64,000 bases of DNA from Mobula hypostoma (Eukaryota). Position numbers and translations under genes: made by a program. The stretch is from assembly GCF_963921235.1 (NCBI RefSeq), contig NC_086097.1, forward strand, positions 175,276,001 through 175,340,000, given 5' to 3'. A model generated the notes under the pieces. The model was not told the origin of the DNA. It saw only the letters and a program-made list of their open reading frames with translations, and searched no databases. The number at the start of each line of letters is the position of its first letter. Within the stretch, counting starts at the first letter, position 1. Shown here in pieces: positions 37,318 through 50,513 of this stretch.

Positions 37318-38465
37318 TTACAAGTTCCCGTATGGTAGGTTGGTCAAGAAGGTTGAGTCGCTCAGCATTAAAGATGAAGTTATAAATTGGATTAGGCATT
37401 GGCTTTGTGGGAGAAGCCAGAGAGTGGTAGTAGAGGGTTGCTCCTCTGACGGGCGGGCTGTGACTAGAGGAGTGCCGCAGGGATCAGTGTTGGGTCCATT
37501 GTTGTTTGTCATCTATATCAACAATCTGCAGGATAATGTGGTTAACTGGATCAGCAAATTTGCAGATGACACTAAGATAGGGGGTGTAGTGGACAGTAAG
37601 GAAGGCTATCGTCGTTTGTAGAGGGATCTGTATTGGCTGGGAACATGGGCTGAAAAATGGCAGATGGAATTTAATGCAGACAAGTGCGAAGTGTTGCACT
37701 TCATTAGGACCAACCAGAGTAAGTCTACACAGTGAATGGTAGGGCACTGAAGAGTGTGGTAGAACAAAGAAAACTGGGAACATAGATCCATAATTCATTG
37801 AAAGTGGTGTCATGGGTAGATCAGGTCACAAAGAAAACTTTTGGCACATTGACCTTCATAAATCAAGGTATTGAATACAGGAGTTGAGATGTTACGCTGA
37901 AGTTGTACAAGATATTGGTGAGGCCTAGTTTGGAGTATTGTGTACAGTTTTGGTCACTTACCTACAGGAAAGATATAAATAAGGTAGAAAGAGTACAGAG
38001 AACATTTACAAGGATGTTGCTGGGTCTGGAGGACCTGGGTTATAAGGAAAGATTAAATAGGTTAGGACTTTATTCCTTGGAACATAGAAGATTGAGAGGA
38101 GATTTGATAGAGGTATACAAAATTATGAGGGGTATAGATAGGGAAAATGCAAGAAGGCTTTTTACACAGTGGTTGAGTGGGACTACAATCAGAGGTCAAG
38201 GGTGAAAGGTAAAAGTTTAAGGAGAACATGAGGGAAACTTCTTCATTTAGAGGATTATGAGTGTGTGGAATGAGCTACCAGACCACATGGTGCATGCAAG
38301 CTCGATTTCAACATTTAAGCCAAGTTTGGATAGGTGCATGGATAGTATGGATGTGGAGGGCTATGGTCATGGTGCAGGTCAATAGGAGTAGGCAGTTTAA
38401 ATGGTTTCAGCATGGACTAGTTGGGCCAAAGGGCCTGTTTCGTGCTGTACATTTCTATAACTCTG
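37318..38465 (+). mobile_element. CR1 LINE 3' fragment
   Basis: GVPQGSVLGPLLFVIYIN, KFADDTK, RPSLEYCVQFWS. Confidence 0.92.
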
Positions 38466-38532
38466 ACCGGTTGTTCCTCCTTATAGATGTGCAGTGAGTG
38501 TAAGAAACAGTATCCAGAAAATAAAGCCTTAC

Positions 38533-38715
38533 CTTCCATGGTCAAAAGGAAATAAACATCATCTCCCTTGACAAACTCTCTGCTTTTCAATCTTTCATGG
38601 GATAAAAAAGTACTGATTCCCATGCTTGGTCCCCGGTAATACCGACTGCCATCAGCTTCTGTCACCAGATATCCCACTTTATTTGGCCTATCCCAGAAGA
38701 AGGTTGTTTCATTGC
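38533..38715 (-). CDS. mep1b: Meprin A beta exon 12 (MATH/TRAF C-terminal part)
   Basis: GNETTFFWDRPNKVG...FLSHERLKSREFVKGDDVYFLLTME; ttacag| and |gtaagg; 183 nt. Confidence 0.93.
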
Positions 38716-38793
38716 CTGTAAACAGTTCAGATAGCCATTAGTATGCCTACACTAAAACCACAAGCAGGAAAGCTAAGCAAGATATGGACTGAC

Positions 38794-39271
38794 CTGTAGT
38801 TTGGATTTTATTTGGGTCCGTAGTTACCGTTCTCTGGTGGGACATGCGTCGTCTAATGTCGGGGTGCTGATCCATCAGAAGCATGCATGGTCCCTTGCAT
38901 CCATGGGCATGGCCATTGTAGAAGATCATCATTAATGCCATTGACTAAGTGAAGGAATATACCAAGATAGAAGGGAAACTCACTTGTACCGTTCATGTAG
39001 AGCTTGATTTGAAATGCATAACCTTTACTGGAGTAATATCTTGGGCTGTAGATAACTCCAGTGCTTCCCGACAGGCTTCTGTTCAGAATGTCGGTGAAGT
39101 TTCTGATGTGCCACACATGGGTAGGACAGTGGGTTTCTGAGAGGTTGATATCATCAATGGAAATCCCTCCATTGGGGGAGGCTGCTTGTTTCACCCCTTC
39201 AAAGACGACACGAAACTTTCCAGCGACATTCAGGCTGACATGATGAATCTGCCAGTAATTCAGACCTGCAA
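38794..39271 (-). CDS. mep1b: Meprin A beta exon 11 (MAM end and MATH start), frameshifted
   Basis: WQIHHVSLNVAGKFRVVFEG...SIDDINLSETHCP...YSSKGYAFQ...LQWPCPWMQGTM, then the frame changes to LLMDQHPDIRRRMSHQRTVTTDP. Length 478 nt instead of a frame-preserving 474, caused by the ATGC duplication at 38881-38888. Confidence 0.9.
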
Positions 39272-40615
39272 CTGTTGCAAGGAACAAAATTTCATTTTTC
39301 TAGAATCTAAGAGTTGTTTCAAATGACTGGATGTCACTGGAGGAGACAACACTTACTATTCATTTCTAAGTACTCTCTGTACCTACTGGAAGACGATTTC
39401 AGAGTCAACAACTTTGGCAGATTTGGAATCAGATATTGACCAGTCCAGTTTAGGAAATTTCCTTCTGCATAAGGCTGAATTCTCCAAAAAATAATCTAGT
39501 AGTTTTAATTCAGAAACTGCGGAGTTATGATCGCAGCTTAGCACATCCCAGAAACCTGCATGCTTTCATTGGCCTCTGTCAATACTTCTCACTGGCTTGG
39601 TAAAGCAACCAACATATTCAAAAACACCTAGCACTCCAGCATTCTCTCTTCTTTCCCCTCCACTGGGCAGAAAACAACAAAGCCTGGAAACAGGTAGCTG
39701 CAGGCTTGAGGGAAGATTCAATCCCGGAGTTCGAAGATTATTGAGTGATCACCTAGTACAATAAGACGGACTTTTGACCTTTCAATCTACCTCATAATGA
39801 TCTTGCACCTTAATGTCTGTCTGCGCTGAACTTTCTCCATAACTGCAACACTTTATTCTGCATTCTGAAATTGCGTTCCCCTGTACCACCTCAATGGATT
39901 ATTGTAATGAAATGATCTGCAAGGATAACATGAAAAACAACATTTTTCACTGTACTTTGGTACATGTGACATTAATAAACCAATTTACCAGTGATTGTTC
40001 TTTACAACACATTCATTCACCGATTTGAATTTAGTTTTCCCAAATGCCACCAATAAAGTTCAACTCATATCAATGGGATTTCTGGATACAAGTCGTATTT
40101 CTAATCAGTAGGCTTTCCGGATATCTTTTCTTACAAGTTATACCCTTATCAATGAGTGATCATTTGATGGTGCGTAGTAAGACTGCCTGTACCTAATAAA
40201 GTGGCCACTGAGAGTATGTTCATAGTTTTCTGCTGCTGTAGCCCATCTCAAAGAACATCTCTGAATGAAGTGTTGTGCATTCACTGCATATCACTGTTAT
40301 AACATGTGGTCATTTGAGTTGCCGTGTTCCTGTCAGCTTGAACTATTCTGGCCATTCTTCTTTGATCTCTCTCATTAACAAGGCGTTTTCACCCACAGAA
40401 CTGCCACTCACTGGATGTTTTTTCTGTTTTTCATAGCATTCTCTGCAAACTTTAGGGTAGGGGCTGTTGTCCATGAAAATCCCCAGCAGATCAGCAGTTT
40501 CTGAGATACTCAAACCACCCCACAGCAACAATCATTTCATGGTCAAGGTCACTTAGATCACATTTCCTTCCAATTATGATGTCTAGTCTGAAAAACAATT
40601 TAACCTCTTGACCAT

Positions 40616-41432
40616 ATAGAGTCATAGAAAAGCACAGCACAAAAACAGGCTCTTTGGCCCCTCTAGTCCATGTTGAACCATTTAAACTGCCTGCTCCCAT
40701 CGATCTGCTTCGGGGCTATTGCCCTACGTACCCCTGCCATCCATGTACCTGTCCAAACTTCTCTCAAATGTTGAAATTGAGCTTGTGCACTATTTGTGTT
40801 GCAGCTCGTTCCACACTCTCACGATCCTTTGAGTGAAGAAGTTTCCCTTCGTGTTCTCCTATAACTTTTCACCTTTCATCCTTAACCCATGACCTCTGGT
40901 TGTTGTCCCACCCAACCTCGGTGGAAAAATCCTGCTTGCATTTAACCTATCTATACTCCTTATAATTTTGTACACCTCCATCAAATCTCCACTCATTCTC
41001 CTATGTTCCAAGGAATAAAGTTCTAATCTATTCAATGTTTCCTTATAACTCAGGTCCTCCAGACTTGGCAAGATCCTTGTAAATTTTCTCTGTGCATCTT
41101 GTTTACATCTTTTCTGTAGGTAGGTGACCAAAACTGCACACAATACTCCAAATTAGGCCCTACAAACGTCTTGTATAACTTCAACATAACATCCCATCTC
41201 CTGCATTCAACACTTAGATTTATGAAGGCCAATCTGCCAAAGGCTTTCTTTACAACCCTATCAACCTGTGATGCCACTTTCAATGAATTATGGAGCTGTA
41301 TTTCCAGACCCCTTTGTTCTACCACACTCCTCTGTATCCTACCGTTCACTGTGTAAAACCTACCCTGGTTGGTCATACTGAAGTCCAATACCTTGCACTC
41401 GTCTGCATATGATTCCATCTGCCAGTTTTCCC
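40616..41432 (-). mobile_element. CR1 LINE 3' fragment inserted in a degenerate Tc1-like element (~40185-41545)
   Basis: WQMESYADECKVL...LEYCVQFWSPTYRKD; flanking tacctaataaagtggccactga-type termini at ~40190 and ~41525. Confidence 0.85.
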
Positions 41433-41627
41433 AAAGCATAGCTGTATGCTTTTACGTGTTGAGTTGCTGCCACGTGATTGGTGTGATCATATATTTTCAT
41501 TAACGAGCAGTTATACAGGTGTACTAAAACAAGTGGCCACTGACTGTGTCCATTATTGTTATTATTTACATGACAATGATCTTATTACTGTTGAAACTCA
41601 TGTATTCTTTGTTGTTCAATAACCTAC

Positions 41628-41843
41628 CTTCTACTCCTCCAACTTTAGTTAAAGTACCATTGGGATTTTCTTCGTTGAAAACTCTGACCCAAATGTTTAG
41701 CTCGTCTTTGTCGCTTCCACTGTTGAAGGAGTAGAATTGGAGGCATTGGAAGCCACGCTTTGGGTAAAATATCCTGCTTTCCAAGAAGGCCTTCTGTCCC
41801 ACCGGGCCTGAGCTGGTGCTGAAGTGCATGAAGTATCCATTAC
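41628..41843 (-). CDS. mep1b: Meprin A beta exon 10 (MAM)
   Basis: GNGYFMHFSTSSG...LESRIFYPKRGFQCLQFY...; tggcag| and |gtaggt; 216 nt. Confidence 0.95.
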
Positions 41844-44835
41844 CTGCCACACAGAAGAAACCTCATTTGTGAAGTGTGTGTGTTATGAAATTGGGGGTTG
41901 TCTGTTTTCAATGGATTAAGCAGTTGCTGTATTTCATACTAATGTCCATTTGGCATGCCAATAGAACAGTAATGGAATTAGCTAAAATAAATTGAAACAG
42001 CTTTGGAGTGGGTTACTCCAATGGTCAGATTCAGATTTATTTATCACATGTACAACACGCCTGAGGATGTGCTGTGGGCAGCTCGCTAAGTGTTGACTCG
42101 CACTCTGGGGCCAACGCAGTGTTTCCACGATGCTCAGCAGAACAACACAGGACATAAGCAATGAAACAACAACTGCAAAACAAATCCTTTTCCTCCCTCC
42201 CACCACCTGCTCACACAGACAGACACACACAATGGCAATTGCTAAAACAAGACGCGAAAAGTTGCCATGGCACCAAGCTCAGATATATGAGATTTTCTCC
42301 CATGGACTCTGTCTGGACTTCTCACTGCCTCAGTAAAGCAGCCAGCATTATCAACATTATCTTGTTCTACCACAATGCACTGTGCAATGAATTGATGTGT
42401 ATGAACAGTAATGCAGGATTATCTTTTCACTGTACCTTAGTACAGGCAATAATAATGAACTAATTTCAATTCCACTTCCAGTTCCATTATGCACCAATCT
42501 GCTGGAAGAACTCAGCAGGTTGAGCAGTGTCTCTGGGGGAAAGGAATCGTTGAGGTTTCAGGTAGGGTCCCTACAACAGTACATCCCAAATGCCATGATG
42601 GAACCAGGTAATCCATTAGAACCTGGGAGGAGGTCACTCCATTGTCTCCTTCATATGTACAAAGCGAACAATGCACAAATGAGCTCCATGCCCCACAATA
42701 TCTCTAGCAGACCAGTGAACCATTTCAGAAAATCAATTCAGGTATTCATTCAGTTACAACAAATAATCAGTGCAGGTGAAGCACAAAGCACCATGTGACT
42801 GATTACTGGGCTTCACATTGACCAGTGGTGTCCTGTGATAAGAAGGACCACCTAGCTTGCTTTGGGGCTTGAGTAAAGGGCTACTTGGCTTCCTTGATGA
42901 CTACAGTGGAGGCCTTGCTTTGGCACGTAAGTAGGGAACCATCTAGTTTGCTTTGGGACTACAGTGGAGGGCCACCTGACTTGCTCTGGGGCTCATAATT
43001 TTAAGGTTCTTGCTATCGGAGACTCTCTATCACAGAGCCTCTCATGTCCTGCATAGACAATCCTTGCCCCCTGCACACATACGGTGATCAGGGACGTGCC
43101 ACTGGAAGCACGCCTCTTCTACCCAGTCCTCATGTTTCTTCACACAGTCTGCATCTGTGGAAAGCAAGGAACTATTGACAATCTGGGTCCCAGTTACTTT
43201 TCCCTACCAGATGCTACTCGACCCATTGACCTATCAAGTACCTCCAGCAGACTGTGAGCTTCTCCCGACTGTGGAATTTGCATTCCGGTGTGTTGTCTCC
43301 TCCTCCTCATATCACTGAGGTTCCGGGTCTCCCTGCTGCACTTCCTCAGGCACCGCATGCTATCTGCAATTGACCAACTTGTGTCTGCTATGAAAATCTG
43401 CACACCTAGTACATGGGACACAGATCCTTCAGCATTCCCTCCACATGGAGGATCATCCTGACTTGGAAATTTATCATCAGTTCATCCACGTTGGGGGATC
43501 TAAATCCTGGAACTTGCCCTCCTGTGGCACAGTGGGAGCACCTTCACCAGCCTGTGCAAACAGGTGGAGCCTTACATGACAAACAGAGTCTCATTTTGAG
43601 AAGACCAAAGCCTTTCCCCACACAAATGTATTAGCTGATATTCAGCTAATGTGACTGGTTTGCAAATTGGTGTGTGCATCCCAGGAATAGAAAATACTGC
43701 TCCCCGGCATCCATCCCTCCTGGCATTTCAGGCTACTGTAGCCATCTGTTGGTGCATTGTCCCTGAGGAAACATGGCATTGATCAAGAGTTTGAGTAGAG
43801 TCGGTGTAGTGGAGCGCATTCTGACTAGTTGCATCACAGCCTGGTATGTAGGCTCCAATGTACAGGACCGAAAGAGGCTGCAGTGGGGGCAGACTCAGCC
43901 AGTTCCATTGCAGGAACAGCATTCCCCACCATCAAGGACATGGTCAAGAGGCTGTGTTCCAGGAAGGCAGAACCCACCATTAAAGAGTCTCACCATCTGA
44001 GACATGCCCTCTTCTCATTACTACTATCAGCGAGGAGCTACATACACCTGAAGACCCACACCCAATGATCCAGAAACAACTTCTTCCCCTCTGCCATCGG
44101 ACTTCTGAATGGTTCATGATCCCATGAACACTAACTCATTATTCCTAAACACAAACTACTCTGCAGGTGCTGGAAATCTTGAGCAACACGTGCAAAATGC
44201 TGAAAAAATTCAACAAATCAGGCAGCATCTATGGAAGGGAATAAACAGTTGGCATTTCAGGCCAAGACCCTTCATCAGGACTGAAAAGGAAGGGGACAGA
44301 AGCCAGAATAAGAAGGTGGCTTCTTATTATTTTGTTTTGCACTGTCTATTTACTTGCTATAAATTATAATTTTGTCTTTGCACTATACAACAACAAATTT
44401 CACTTCACATAAGTGTAAGTGGTAATAAATCAGATTCTGATTCAGGTTTTGAAGTACTTATCATTTGTTCATTTCTGGGCCATGGGCATCCTTGACAAGA
44501 GCAACATTTATTCCCCATCTCTCAATGCCCATGAGATGGCGCTGGTGAGCCACATTCTTGAACCACTTTAATTCAGGTTAAGGTGATCTCACCATGCCAC
44601 AGGAGGGGAAGTTCCAGGATTTAGATCCGCCAACAATGGAGAACTGGTGACAAATTTCCAAGTCAGGATGGATCTCTACAGGGATCAACGTTCCCATGTA
44701 CCAGCCACTTTGTCCTAGGCAATAAGTGATTGCCTTGTTTGGGAGATGCTCTTGAACTTGTGCAGACACTGTCAAATACACAACAGTGAAATTTAAACTG
44801 TATCGTTAAATTGTGCTGGAAATGGAAGTGTTTAC

Positions 44836-44988
44836 CTTTACAGTTGCCCATGTTGGTGAAGTCTGTTGAAGGCCCACCCGGAGCCTGGGAAACTCGCTGC
44901 CAATCTGCGTTGTCTTTTTGATCCTGTATCATGCCGCAGATATTTTCAAGTTCAAAGTCGCAACTGTCCAAAAAGCTGAGCGAGGTGG
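44836..44988 (-). CDS. mep1b: Meprin A beta exon 9 (MAM start)
   Basis: TSLSFLDSCDFELENICGMIQDQKDNADWQRVSQAPGGPSTDFTNMGNCK; gattag| and |gtaaac; 153 nt. Confidence 0.95.
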
Positions 44989-45392
44989 CTAATCAGAAAC
45001 AAGACGGAAGAAAGCTGAGAGTTTGCCTTTGACCTTGACAAGAAGAATTTGCATTTATGTAACTAAAAACAGAAAATATTTGAAACTCTCAGCAGGTTTG
45101 CGAATGTTACAAAGGTTGGTGGAGGGACTGATAGTGCCAAGGAAGCAGGGGGTCTGCAGAAGGACTTGGACATTTTAGGGGAATGGATAAAGAAGTGACA
45201 AATGAAATACTGTATAGGAAAGTGCACTTTGGTGGATGAAATAAAGGACAGGACTATTTTCTAAACAGACAGTAAATTCAGAAATTGGAGGTGCAAGGGG
45301 ATTTGAAGGTCCTAGTGCAGGATTCCCTAAAGGTTAACTTGTGGGTTGAGTCAGTAGCGAGGAAGGCAAGTGAATTGTTAACATTCATTTCA

Positions 45393-45688
45393 TCCGTTAG
45401 TCTTGCGAGACCATGGATCTGCGCCTGGAAAGTCTTCACTCTCCAGGGCGCAGGCCTGGGCAAGGTTGTATGGAAGACCAGCAGTTGCCCATGCTGCAAG
45501 TCTCCCCTCTCCACTACACCAATATTGTCCAAGGGAAGGGCATTAGGGCCCATACAGCTTGGCACCAGTGTCGTCGCAGAGCAATGTGTGATTAAATGCC
45601 TTTCTCAAGGACACAACACGTTGCCTTGGCTGCGGCTCGAACTCACGACCTTCAGGTTGCTAGTCCAATGCCTTAACCACTTGGCCAC
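45393..45688 (-). mobile_element. tRNA-derived SINE inserted in a CR1 fragment (~45100-46300, +)
   Basis: A-box tggccaagtgg and B-box gagttcgagcc on the minus strand; TSD tcatttca at 45385-45392 and 45689-45696. Confidence 0.8.
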
Positions 45689-46954
45689 TCATTTCAAGAG
45701 GCCTAGAATATAAATGCAAGGATTTGAGGCTGTAATAAGCATTAGTTAGACCACATTGGAAGTATTATGAACAGTTTGGGGCTCTATATTTAAGAAAGAA
45801 TTGGTTGGCATCGGAAAGGATACAGCGTAAGTTCACAAAAATTATCTAGGAAATCAAAGGGTTAACACATGAGGAGTGTTTGATGGCCCTGGATCTGTAC
45901 TCAGTGGAGATTACAAGAATAAGAGTGGATCTCATTGAAATCTACCAAATATTGCAGGACCTGATAGAGTGGACATGGAGAGGATGTTTCCAAATGTGGC
46001 AGAGTCTAGGGCCAGAGAGCACACCCTCAGAATAGAAGGTCATCCCTTTTGAACAGAGATGAATTTCTTTATCCAGAAGATGGTGAATCTGTGGAATTCA
46101 TTTCCACAGAAGGCTGTGGAGGCCAAGTCATTGGGTTGATAGCTGAGGTTGATAGTTTCCTGATTTGTAAGGGCATCAAAGATCGCAGGGAGAAGGCAGG
46201 AGAATGGGTGAGAGGGAAAATAAATCAGCTAAAATCGAAAGGCAAAGCAGACTTGATGGGCCAAGTGGCCTAATTCTGCTCTTGTGTTTTGTGGTCAAGA
46301 CAACAGTATCTGTGGAGAGGGAAACAGAGTTAGTGCTTCAAGTCTGAGTCCATTGATAGATTTCCTACAAAGGGTCTTCACTCAGAAAGTTTAACTCTGC
46401 TTCTCCTTTCACAGAAACTTAGAGTCATAGAGTTATACAACACTGAAAAAGGCCCTTCAGCCCAACCCAGTCATACCAGCCTGAGCTCATCCAATTTATT
46501 CTATACCTTGCCTTCCTTTATACTACCTTAATGCACTGATGTGGTGAAATGATCTGTGTGGGTGACATGCAAAAAAGGTTTTTTACTGTATCTCAGTACA
46601 TGTGACAATAATAAACCAATTTGACAATATCCCTATAAACCTTTCACACCTTTCTCACACAGAGGGTGGTGAGTACCTGGAACACACTGCTGGATAGTGT
46701 CTTGGAAGGAGTTACTGATGGTGTTTAAGAAGCATCTGGACAAGCACTTGAATTATCTAGATAAGGTAGGTTACAAGCCAGCAGCTGGAAAGTGGGATTC
46801 ATGCAGATAGATCAGCATGAACATGATGGGCGGAGTAGCCTGTTTCCATGCAATATGACTCTCTGATCGCAAGTGTCCAATTCCCAAGCAAATCCACACA
46901 GCAGAGAGTGAGTCCCAAGTCACCAATGCTAAGCTGATGAAGTCCAACAATATC

Positions 46955-47445
46955 TACTCAGTGGCCGTATTGTAAGGTACAGGAGTGGAAGCTGGTGTGG
47001 CCTTCAGCTGCTATAGGCCCATTCACTTCAAGGTTCAACATGCTGTCTGTTCAGAGATGCTTTGCTACACACCACTATTGTAAAGTGTGGTCACTTGTTG
47101 GCTTCCAGTCAGCTTGAACCAGGCTGGTCATTCTCCTCGGACCTCTCTCATTAACAACATGCTTTCACCCACAGAACTGCTGCTCACTAAATGATTTTGT
47201 TTTTGTTTTTCACGCCATGCTTTGTAAAGTCTAGAGATTGCAAGGCATGAAAATCCCAGGAGATCAGCAGTTCTTGAGATACCCAAACTAGCACCAGTTA
47301 CATTACTTCCCCCACCCCATTCCAATGCTCGGCCTGAACAACAACTGAACTTGCATGCTTTCATGCACTGAGTTGCTGTCACACGATTGGCTGACTAGAA
47401 ATTTGCATTAACAAGCAGGTGAGCAGGTCTATCTAATAAAGTGCA
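46955..47445. mobile_element. Non-autonomous Tc1/mariner-like element
   Basis: Termini tactcagtggccgtattgtaaggtac ... tctaataaagtg; internal sequence similar to 40185-40615. Confidence 0.55.
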
Positions 47446-47989
47446 GAGACACTCTACACTGAGAATCAGAGAAAGATAGGTTGGTTTATTATTCTCACTG
47501 AGGTGCAGCAAAAACTTTGTTTTGCATACCATCCATACAGATTATTTCATCATGTCAGTGCATGGAGGGAAAACAACAACAGGATGCAGAATAAAGCACT
47601 ACAGAGGAAGTGCAGTGCAGGCAGACAATAAAGTATTAAGATCATGTGAGGTAGACTGTGAGCTCAAAAGTACATCTCATTTTACTGGTCTTATAACAGT
47701 GAGGTAGAAGCTGTCCTTCTACAGCAAGGAAACAGGTACTTTGGCCCACTGAACTGATGCAGACTATTGAACACTAACCCAGACCAAATCCCATTTAATT
47801 TTATCCTCCATGTATTTTCAATAAATCCCTCTGCGCTAAGATTTTACCACTCACCTATATCTACACACAGTGACCAATTGACTTACCGATCCTCCTGTCC
47901 TTTAGCGGGGTTAACTGGCCACTGTAAATTGCTCCAGCTGTGTGGGTGAGGGGAAGAATCTGGGTGGGCGGGAGAGCTGATAGAAACAC

Positions 47990-48221
47990 TGATGCACTAT
48001 CAATTACTCCAAAAGACTGGAAGTAGAGTAAATACTGAAAGGCTTTTATTAACAGTAAAATGGGTCTCGTCCCTGCTGAGTATCTGCCCTGGACTCAGAG
48101 GAGGAGCAGTGGCACAATCCCCTTTATTCAGGGGTCTGTGAGAGGAGCCACAGGAGCAGTCAGCAGAGGGGCATGTCCAGACAGGTAACCCAGTTACAAC
48201 ATATATACATGGTTTACCACA
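47990..48221 (-). mobile_element. Solo LTR
   Basis: 232-bp segment TGTGG...CATCA on the minus strand with AATAAA; flanks aacac/aatac (5-bp TSD with one mismatch). Confidence 0.7.
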
Positions 48222-48559
48222 AATACAGAGAGAATTTTTAAACTTGGGATTAGTGAAGGGCTGTGTTGTACGGTATGTCCTTGTGACTCTATCTTTCCCA
48301 ACACACACGATATCTCCAGCAACACAGAAGCTACTAGTGGAGCTCAGTGGGTCAGATAGCATCTGTGTTGGGATATTAACTTGATGTTTGGGGTCAAGAT
48401 GCTTTCATCAAATGTTGACTGTCTATTTCCCTCCACAGATGCTGAGTTTCTCCAGCAGCTTGTGAATCCCTCCGGGTCCCAGCGTCTGTGGTCTCTCGTG
48501 CCCTCACCCTCACTAATCTTCACGTGTGTTCACCCTGCCCACAAAACTCTGGTACTCAC

Positions 48560-48778
48560 TGCAGTTATAGAGTCGGTTGACTTTTTGGAGATCATAATCG
48601 CTGAACTCCATGCGCTGTCCAATCACCTTACTGAACTCAGCAATCTTGGTGACAATGGTTGGTTCTGAGCCGTTGTTGAAAGCAGTTGAGCTGTAGTGCA
48701 TCACGGAGGTATAGTCATACGGTATGTTCTGAGAAATGGACACCTTGTCGTCGTACTTATTGAAATTGTGTTCCTTAC
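48560..48778 (-). CDS. mep1b: Meprin A beta exon 8 (astacin domain, Met-turn)
   Basis: GKEHNFNKYDD...PYDYTSVMHYS...VIGQRMEFSDYDLQKVNRLYNC; attcag| and |gtgagt; 219 nt. Confidence 0.96.
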
Positions 48779-50334
48779 CTGAATAAATTGAAACAAAAGC
48801 TCATCAAGAAACTTCTAAGAGAATGCTGGAATTAGGTGCTGGCCATGCTGGACCAAACGGCCCTGGTCTAGGTTTGCCAAGCTTTAATTCTATAAGGGGC
48901 CTTTGTCACTCTGTCCATCCTTCCTTTGCTCATCTGTCAGTCTGCCCATTATATCTGGATCCAGCTATTGCTTGCCAGCTCTTGCCCTACCCATCCTCTG
49001 CAAACTTTTTATGCTAACTCTCTCTCCTCTCCCAATTTCAGTCCAGTCTCGATCTGAAACATTGATTGTCTTTTTTCCCTCTACAGGTGCTGCCTGACCT
49101 GCTGAGTTACTCCAACAATTCCTTGAACCTTCTCCATCACTGGCTAATCTTGTGGATCAAATGATCTTAGCCTCAACTCTACTTCCTCGCCCAGTGTCCT
49201 TTGTTGGTGAGTGGCTCAGAAGCCTATCTCATCATTGAATCTATTCAATGTCTCAACCAGCACCAGTCTCTGAGGTAGAGCATTGAAAGATGCCAAAGTA
49301 AGGGGCATATATAGTTGGTAGTATTAGAGGGAAGATAAGGACCATTACTTCATCTAGAGAGTAAAAGTTTGGAACTCACTCTCCTGAAAAGGCGGTAGCA
49401 CATTTAAATAATACTAGAATGTGCACTTGAATAACTTGCAATACCACCAGCTCAGTTCTGGAAAGTGAGATTAGTTTGGATGAAGAATGAATTGCTAGAG
49501 AGCAGCATCTGCGGAGGCAAGACTAATTTTGGGTCAAGACTCTTCATCAGGACTCTACATCAGCATGAAGAGGTGAGGAGGAGAGGGGAAGTAGGGGCTA
49601 GCAGGTGATCGATGGATCTAGGTGAGGAGGGGGTTGATGGGCAGGAGGAGGTAGAGACGGAGGCTGAGAGGTGATGTGAAGGCTGCAGATGCTGGCATCT
49701 GGTGTGAGGAAGGTGATGTTGAAGGTATGATGGGCAGATGGGAAGGGGTATTGAAGGGAACTGTTCCAAACCACTTCCATCTGCCATTTTTACTCATCAG
49801 ATTCCATCCTTTGTTGACTGGCCAATAACCTTCCAGCCTCTAACACTCCCTCCGCACCTCCCTCACCACCCCACCACCAATAAATCCTCCTAACCTGGCT
49901 CCATGTCACACGCCATCCCATGCCTCACCCCTTCCCCTCACTACTCTATACCAGCAATCTCCCCCTGCATTCTCAGTCCTAATGCAGGGTCTTAATGTGA
50001 AGTGTCAACGCAGGTGTTGCTTGAACTGTTGAGTTCCTCCAACAGTTTGTTTCTTGATCCAGGTTCCAGTGTCTGCAATCCCTTGTGTCTATGCTCGCTT
50101 GAGTAACTCTCTTTTTTTACCAGTACAGACACATAGACAGGTACATGGATTGGAAAGATTCAGAAGATTACAGTATGGGCGAAATGGGACTAGATTGGAT
50201 GGGCATCTTGGACAGCACGAATTATTTGGGCAAAAGGGCCAGCCCTCATCTTTCTCATCTTCATGTTAAACACTTGACTAAGTGTCCAAACCTGGCTCTG
50301 GGACATCTGTTTGGAGGATGTCACCTGACTTTAC

Positions 50335-50513
50335 CATGTTCAATCCTGTCCCATATTATTTGGACGTAGTCATCGCGATCGGGTCTCGACTGCTCATGCC
50401 AGAATCCCAGCGCATGGAGAAACTCGTGTTCAATGGTTGCAATTCTTTCACACCTCTCTCCGATTGAAAGCTGCTGCTTGCCAGCCTGCTGATTGCCCAC
50501 CGATGACCAACAC
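50335..50513 (-). CDS. mep1b: Meprin A beta exon 7 (zinc-binding motif)
   Basis: [59 protein letters not shown]; tgacag| and |gtaaag; 179 nt. Translated by hand; not in the ORF track. Confidence 0.97.

Noticed and set aside
38880..38890. Frameshift as an NcoI Hi-C fill-in junction
   Set aside because: That junction would read CCATGCATGG; the sequence reads CCATGCATGC, and both flanks are contiguous exon sequence.
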